In this document: positions 60,063-64,000 of the stretch, piece by piece | How the letters are laid out: each line of letters opens with the position of its first letter | Position numbering within the stretch: the first letter of the stretch is position 1 | The notes under the pieces: model-generated | Database searches by the model: none | The model's input: the letters and a program-made list of their open reading frames with translations, nothing else | Told to the model about the DNA's origin: nothing | Made by a program: the position numbers and the translations under genes | Source of the DNA: Nitrospirales bacterium | GTDB taxonomy: Bacteria; Nitrospirota; Nitrospiria; Nitrospirales; UBA8639 | Assembly (NCBI GenBank): GCA_963555755.3 | Contig: OY820905.2 | Coordinates: 3,136,001-3,200,000 of the forward strand | Direction of reading: 5' to 3' | Length of the DNA: 64,000 nt

Positions 60063-60375
60063 ACTTGCAATTCCCGGTAGCTTCTTTCGGAGTACCCACT
60101 TAGACCCCTCCTTTGGAAAATCCCCCCTCCCCCCTTTGCAAAGGGGGGCAAGAGATGGTGAATTCCACTCCTTACCACCCCTTTATCAAAGGGTGTAAGG
60201 GGACGGCGCATTCCTCTTTACCCCCCACCTTTGGCGAAGGGGTGTAAGGGGCTGGCGTCTTCCTCTTTCCCCCCCCTTTGCAAAGGGGGGAAGGGGGGAT
60301 TTTCTTACGGTTGATGGTACCAAAGAGCAAGAACGCTGCTGGTTATATTTTCCAACATCCTGTTAGGACTCCCAC

Positions 60376-61341
60376 TTAGCCTCGTTGGCCCCGGGCTGCA
60401 CCTCCGAGAAGATGTCGCACCTGCTCCAGGCTGTCTCCTTCGGTGGAAACAGGAATAACCGGCACCCCAAGTTTTTCCTGCCAGGCCAGAACCGATTTCA
60501 ACCGGCGGTCGGTGAACTCGGTGATCCGTCGCCGGGTTGAAGCTTGCCCCAGGTCAAGTTCGATTTGGAGCTCACCCGAACTTACCACTAATTTCCCCGC
60601 TTGAAAAATCTCCGTTCCCGAGGGATCAAAGACAGGGATGAGTAAGACGTCGTTGTGTTGGGCGATCTTCGTCACCATGCGGGTGGAGTCTTCATCGGCT
60701 CCATCAAAATCACTGATGATGACAACCAGGAAATCATGGCTCGCGGTTTGAGCCACGCGCTGAAACACGCGATTGAACATGGAGGGATTGGGAGGAATGG
60801 CCGAATCAGCCCGAAGGTTTTGGTTTTTCTCGACCAGCGCATGCAGAATCTGCAATACCGTGCGCTGGCTTCGATGGGGCCGAACCTCAATGACATCTGT
60901 ATCATCGAAGACTGTGGCGCCGACGCGATCGCCGGCATTAAAAACCCGCCAGGCTCCTGCAGCCGCGAGTTCTGCGGCAGTCACCGATTTCATATTTTGG
61001 CGAGTGCCATAAAACATGGCGAGCCGCTGATCCACCACGAGATACGCGGGCCGGTCTCGCTCCTCAGTGAACACGCGCACATGCGGTTTGCCGGTGCGGG
61101 CAGTCACCTTCCAGTCAATAGAGCGAACGTCATCGCCTGGCAGGTAGCCACGGATTTCTTCAAAATTGAGACCCCGGCCACGAACCTTAGAAGCATGTCG
61201 TCCGGAAAGAAGACTATGAACCGGTTGACGAGGAAGAAAGCTGAACCCGCGAGTACGGTGTTGGATTCGAATGAGATCCTCAAGGCTAACGTAGACGCCG
61301 GGAACCGAAGTCGAAGCGTCCAAAGAGTTCGAAAGGGTCAT
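60376..61341 (-). CDS. DUF58-domain protein (MoxR-associated)
   Basis: GRGLNFEEIRGYLPGDDVRSIDWKVTAR, EERDR, IISDF. Confidence 0.92.
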   Translation of the reverse strand: MTLSNSLDASTSVPGVYVSLEDLIRIQHRTRGFSFLPRQPVHSLLSGRHASKVRGRGLNFEEIRGYLPGDDVRSIDWKVTARTGKPHVRVFTEERDRPAYLVVDQRLAMFYGTRQNMKSVTAAELAAAGAWRVFNAGDRVGATVFDDTDVIEVRPHRSQRTVLQILHALVEKNQNLRADSAIPPNPSMFNRVFQRVAQTASHDFLVVIISDFDGADEDSTRMVTKIAQHNDVLLIPVFDPSGTEIFQAGKLVVSSGELQIELDLGQASTRRRITEFTDRRLKSVLAWQEKLGVPVIPVSTEGDSLEQVRHLLGGAARGQRG

Positions 61342-61549
61342 GAAACTTGATCCATATTATTTTCACCTCTTCGTGTAATCATGCGATAGTTGATCCTGTC
61401 ATTCTTGTTTATTCCTTCTACCAAATCCCCCCTAACCCCCCTTTTTTAAAGGGGGGGGATCTTGTGAAAGGATTGACACAAGGATATAATTTTTTTTGTT
61501 TCTCAGCTAAATTCCTTGAACTTCCTAATCCCGCTAACTTGCTACAGCG

Positions 61550-61869
61550 TTACCGCGGAGGTCCCCCCCTTTGCAAAGGGGGGCGTGGGGGGATTTTCTT
61601 CTCTGCATCCGGCAACGCCAGATAAATAGCTTCAACCACTGCATCCAGTTCTTGTAATACCTGCAAGTTGTTAAAGCGCAATACCTTTATTCCCTGCTGT
61701 TCCAAAACGGCAGTCCGGTTTGCATCTTTCCCCGAATGCTTTGGATCAAGATGTTGGGAGCCATCAACCTCCACCACCAACTTGGCCCGAGGTGCGTAGA
61801 AATCGACAATAAATTGCCCGATAGGTTTCTGACGATAAAACTGGACGGATCGAAGCTGTTTGCCTCGCG
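61550..61869 (-). pseudogene. DUF559 endonuclease-like protein, 5'-truncated
   Basis: RGKQL..FYRQKPIGQFIVDFYAPRAKLVVEVDGSQH..GIKVLRFNN; N-terminus absent. Confidence 0.85.
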
Positions 61870-61872
61870 ATC

Positions 61873-62298
61873 ATGGGAAATGTAGGCTGGAAGGACTGGT
61901 CGAATTACGGTCAGCAGGAGATCACCGTCAGGTCAAGTACGACGACGACGTTTAAGACTAACTTAAACTACCGGGATACCTGGCACGGCGCCGTCGGCAT
62001 GCAATATTGGGTTGATCCCCGTTGGTTACTCTCGACGGGCTTTGCATTCGACACCTCTCCTGTTTCGGACACAGACCGGACTGTCACTTTTGCGGTGGAT
62101 CAACAATATCGTGTATCCGGTGGTGCCCAGTATGTGTGGTGTGAGGATGTAACCCTTGGTGTGGCCTATACATTTTTTAATGGAGGAGACGCCGCGATCG
62201 ATCAAACCCGCGGTCCTTTGGCCGGCCGGCTCCAGGGCGAACTCTCAAATAATGAAATCCATTTCATAAACTTTACAATAAAGAAGTTATTTAAGTAG
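61873..62298 (+). pseudogene. C-terminal fragment of FadL/OmpP1-family outer membrane protein
   Basis: WKDWS, YRDTWHGAVGMQY, GFAFDTSPV; no signal peptide or N-terminal barrel. Confidence 0.72.
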
Positions 62299-62625
62299 GG
62301 TTGATGGGGGGATCAATCATATGGGTTGGTCAGAGCCGTAACATGGTGAGTATGGCAACATAGAAGGCACACCGTGATTCCACGTAACCCCCGATTTGCA
62401 ATGAGTGAAATCGGAACGCGTCGCAGTAGACACAGGCTATATCACGGGCATAAGAGTCCTGTTAGATTTTTAGTCGAGTTATTCCCCCTTTGGAAAAGGG
62501 GGATAGGGGGATTTTCAAAATATTTTTTCCGCTGATGCATGCGGCGGGAATAATTTATTGAAATGGTTGGGAAAGAAGAACAAAATGAAAGCAATAATTT
62601 ATTCACCTCAGTGAGGGAGGTCTTC

Positions 62626-63270
62626 ATGTTTAAGCACATCAAAATTGTTATGGCATGCTTGCTAGTGAGTCTCATGCCTGTGTTGATTTCCGGTTGCGCC
62701 GGACCAGAGACGGCCAGAACGGGGTTTCTGAAAGATTACTCTAAGCTGAAACCTCACCCTGAAGTGGACGGTCGTTTTCGGTATATCAATCCCAAAATGA
62801 ATGTGGGTGATTATTCAAAGTTTATCGTTGACCCTATTATCCTGAGTTTATCTAAAGAGGGGAAAGAGGAGGAGATTGATCAAGAAGATCTGAATGAGCA
62901 GGTCACGTTTTTCCATAAAACGATTGTGGAAAAACTCGAAACAGGTTACCGAGTCGTGAACAGTCCGGGGAAAGGGGTGGCACGGTTGCGTGTGGCCATT
63001 ACCCATATCGACAAGACCAACCCCGCCTTAAATATCCACCCGGGGACCAAATTGACCGGGGCCGGGTTAGGTGGGGCCGGAATGGAAGCGGAACTGGTTG
63101 ATTCGGTGAGCGGAGAAACCATTGGTAGCGCCATTGATTTTCAGAAAGGGTCCCGACTGAGTTTGATGGCTGGTCTGAAATGGTTTGGCCATGCACAAGC
63201 CGTGATGGAGGATTGGGCTGAAGACCTGAAAAAATTCATCGATAAGGGTCACGGGAAGAAGTCTGAATAA
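62626..63270 (+). CDS. DUF3313-family lipoprotein
   Basis: GGAGG RBS, ISGC lipobox, TGFLKDYSKL, PGKGVARLRVAIT. Confidence 0.82.
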   Translation: MFKHIKIVMACLLVSLMPVLISGCAGPETARTGFLKDYSKLKPHPEVDGRFRYINPKMNVGDYSKFIVDPIILSLSKEGKEEEIDQEDLNEQVTFFHKTIVEKLETGYRVVNSPGKGVARLRVAITHIDKTNPALNIHPGTKLTGAGLGGAGMEAELVDSVSGETIGSAIDFQKGSRLSLMAGLKWFGHAQAVMEDWAEDLKKFIDKGHGKKSE

Positions 63271-63474
63271 ATCTGAGCTTGCTAATTCCCCGTAGCCTGT
63301 AACGGGGTAATCATTTATGCCTGCCATGAGTGTTATCGAAGGGTTTCCCCTTTGGAAAATCCCCCCATCCCCCCTTTTGCAAAGGGGGGCTAGGGGGGCT
63401 AGGGGGGATTTAGTATTCCGATTTTTTTCTAAATACCCCGTCAGCTTACTGGGGGATCTTCATTGGAGCCCAAC

Positions 63475-64000
63475 ATGTATTCAATCCACCTTCCGAAATT
63501 ATCTCCAGTTTTAAGAATTCTGTTTCTTCTTTCGGCCATAGTTTTTCTTGGCGGCCTACCAGCCAATGCCCAAAAAGAGGAGCCAAATTTTGAGCTTCCG
63601 ATTGGAATTCAGGCTTCAAATGTTTTACCCAGGGAAATGCTGCGAGGCCCCAATCATGACGTGCAGGAATACGTTGTGACGTATATCGGCTTCACCCATC
63701 ACTTTACGATTGACTCCAAATTTGGACAGTTCAAGGCAACCGGAAATGGCATGGTTCCCGTGCGGATTAAAGAAATCAACGTCATTGCCAGACTGGAGAA
63801 AATGAAAAATTCTGACAAGTTTTTGGATGGATTAAAAGAATCGGGAGGCACATTAGTAGAAAGTACTAAAAATCTGGTGCTGCATCCAATTGATACGGTG
63901 GGAGGTTTCCCTTCAGGACTTTCCAATATCTTCGGGGATATCGGAGTGGTAACCCATAGTGTTATGGAAGGAGAAACGTCTGTTGGCCAAGCCACTGTAA
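63475..64000 (+). CDS. Hypothetical secreted protein (runs off window)
   Basis: Open frame from ATG 63475 to the window end; signal-peptide-like start; LVLHPIDT. Confidence 0.65.
   Translation, partial: MYSIHLPKLSPVLRILFLLSAIVFLGGLPANAQKEEPNFELPIGIQASNVLPREMLRGPNHDVQEYVVTYIGFTHHFTIDSKFGQFKATGNGMVPVRIKEINVIARLEKMKNSDKFLDGLKESGGTLVESTKNLVLHPIDTVGGFPSGLSNIFGDIGVVTHSVMEGETSVGQATV

Larger units (their letters stand above)
54411..63410. repeat. Dispersed CCCCC(T/A-rich)GGGGG palindrome family, about 11 copies
   Basis: gcccccctttgcaaaggggggc 54411-54432; variants near 54555, 54660, 60129-60300 (x4), 61436, 61564, 62483, 63347-63410. Confidence 0.85.

Noticed and set aside
60103..60305. CRISPR array
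   Set aside because: Repeats are degenerate, linkers are short and related to one another, and there are no cas genes.

Overview
Bacterial chromosomal segment, probably Nitrospirota (inferred from hslU-argB adjacency and gene content). A short housekeeping stretch (hslU end, argB, pncA-like) is followed by a ~14.4 kb minus-strand defence-like island. The island holds an AAA+/DUF4143 ATPase, a SNF2 helicase, a SWIM-HTH protein, and a type I RM operon (hsdM-hsdS-hsdR-M48 peptidase) that contains a REP-associated tyrosine transposase (RAYT). The rest is an accessory mosaic: pqiAABC plus a relic second pqi operon, lipoproteins, an SBP-TolC/MFP/RND efflux operon, an octaheme cytochrome-TPR protein, a beta-PGM/GH65/ackA/xfp cluster in partial decay, a bat (DUF58/VWA/BatD) operon interrupted by a vapBC pair, two identical IS1595 copies, a split ISL3 element and several MITEs. 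The most notable structure is three small-repeat families, each with a candidate cognate gene in the window. (1) GTAG REP palindromes with RAYT, including three tandem 'hsdS 3-prime tail + REP' units with an identical 72-nt spacing. (2) Inverted arms of 7-nt periodicity with a four-helix-bundle gene; these also occur in frame inside hsdM. (3) CCCCCTTTGCAAAGGGGG palindromes with a DUF559 remnant. No rRNA, tRNA or CRISPR array was recognised. All family calls rest on motif recognition by eye, not database searches.
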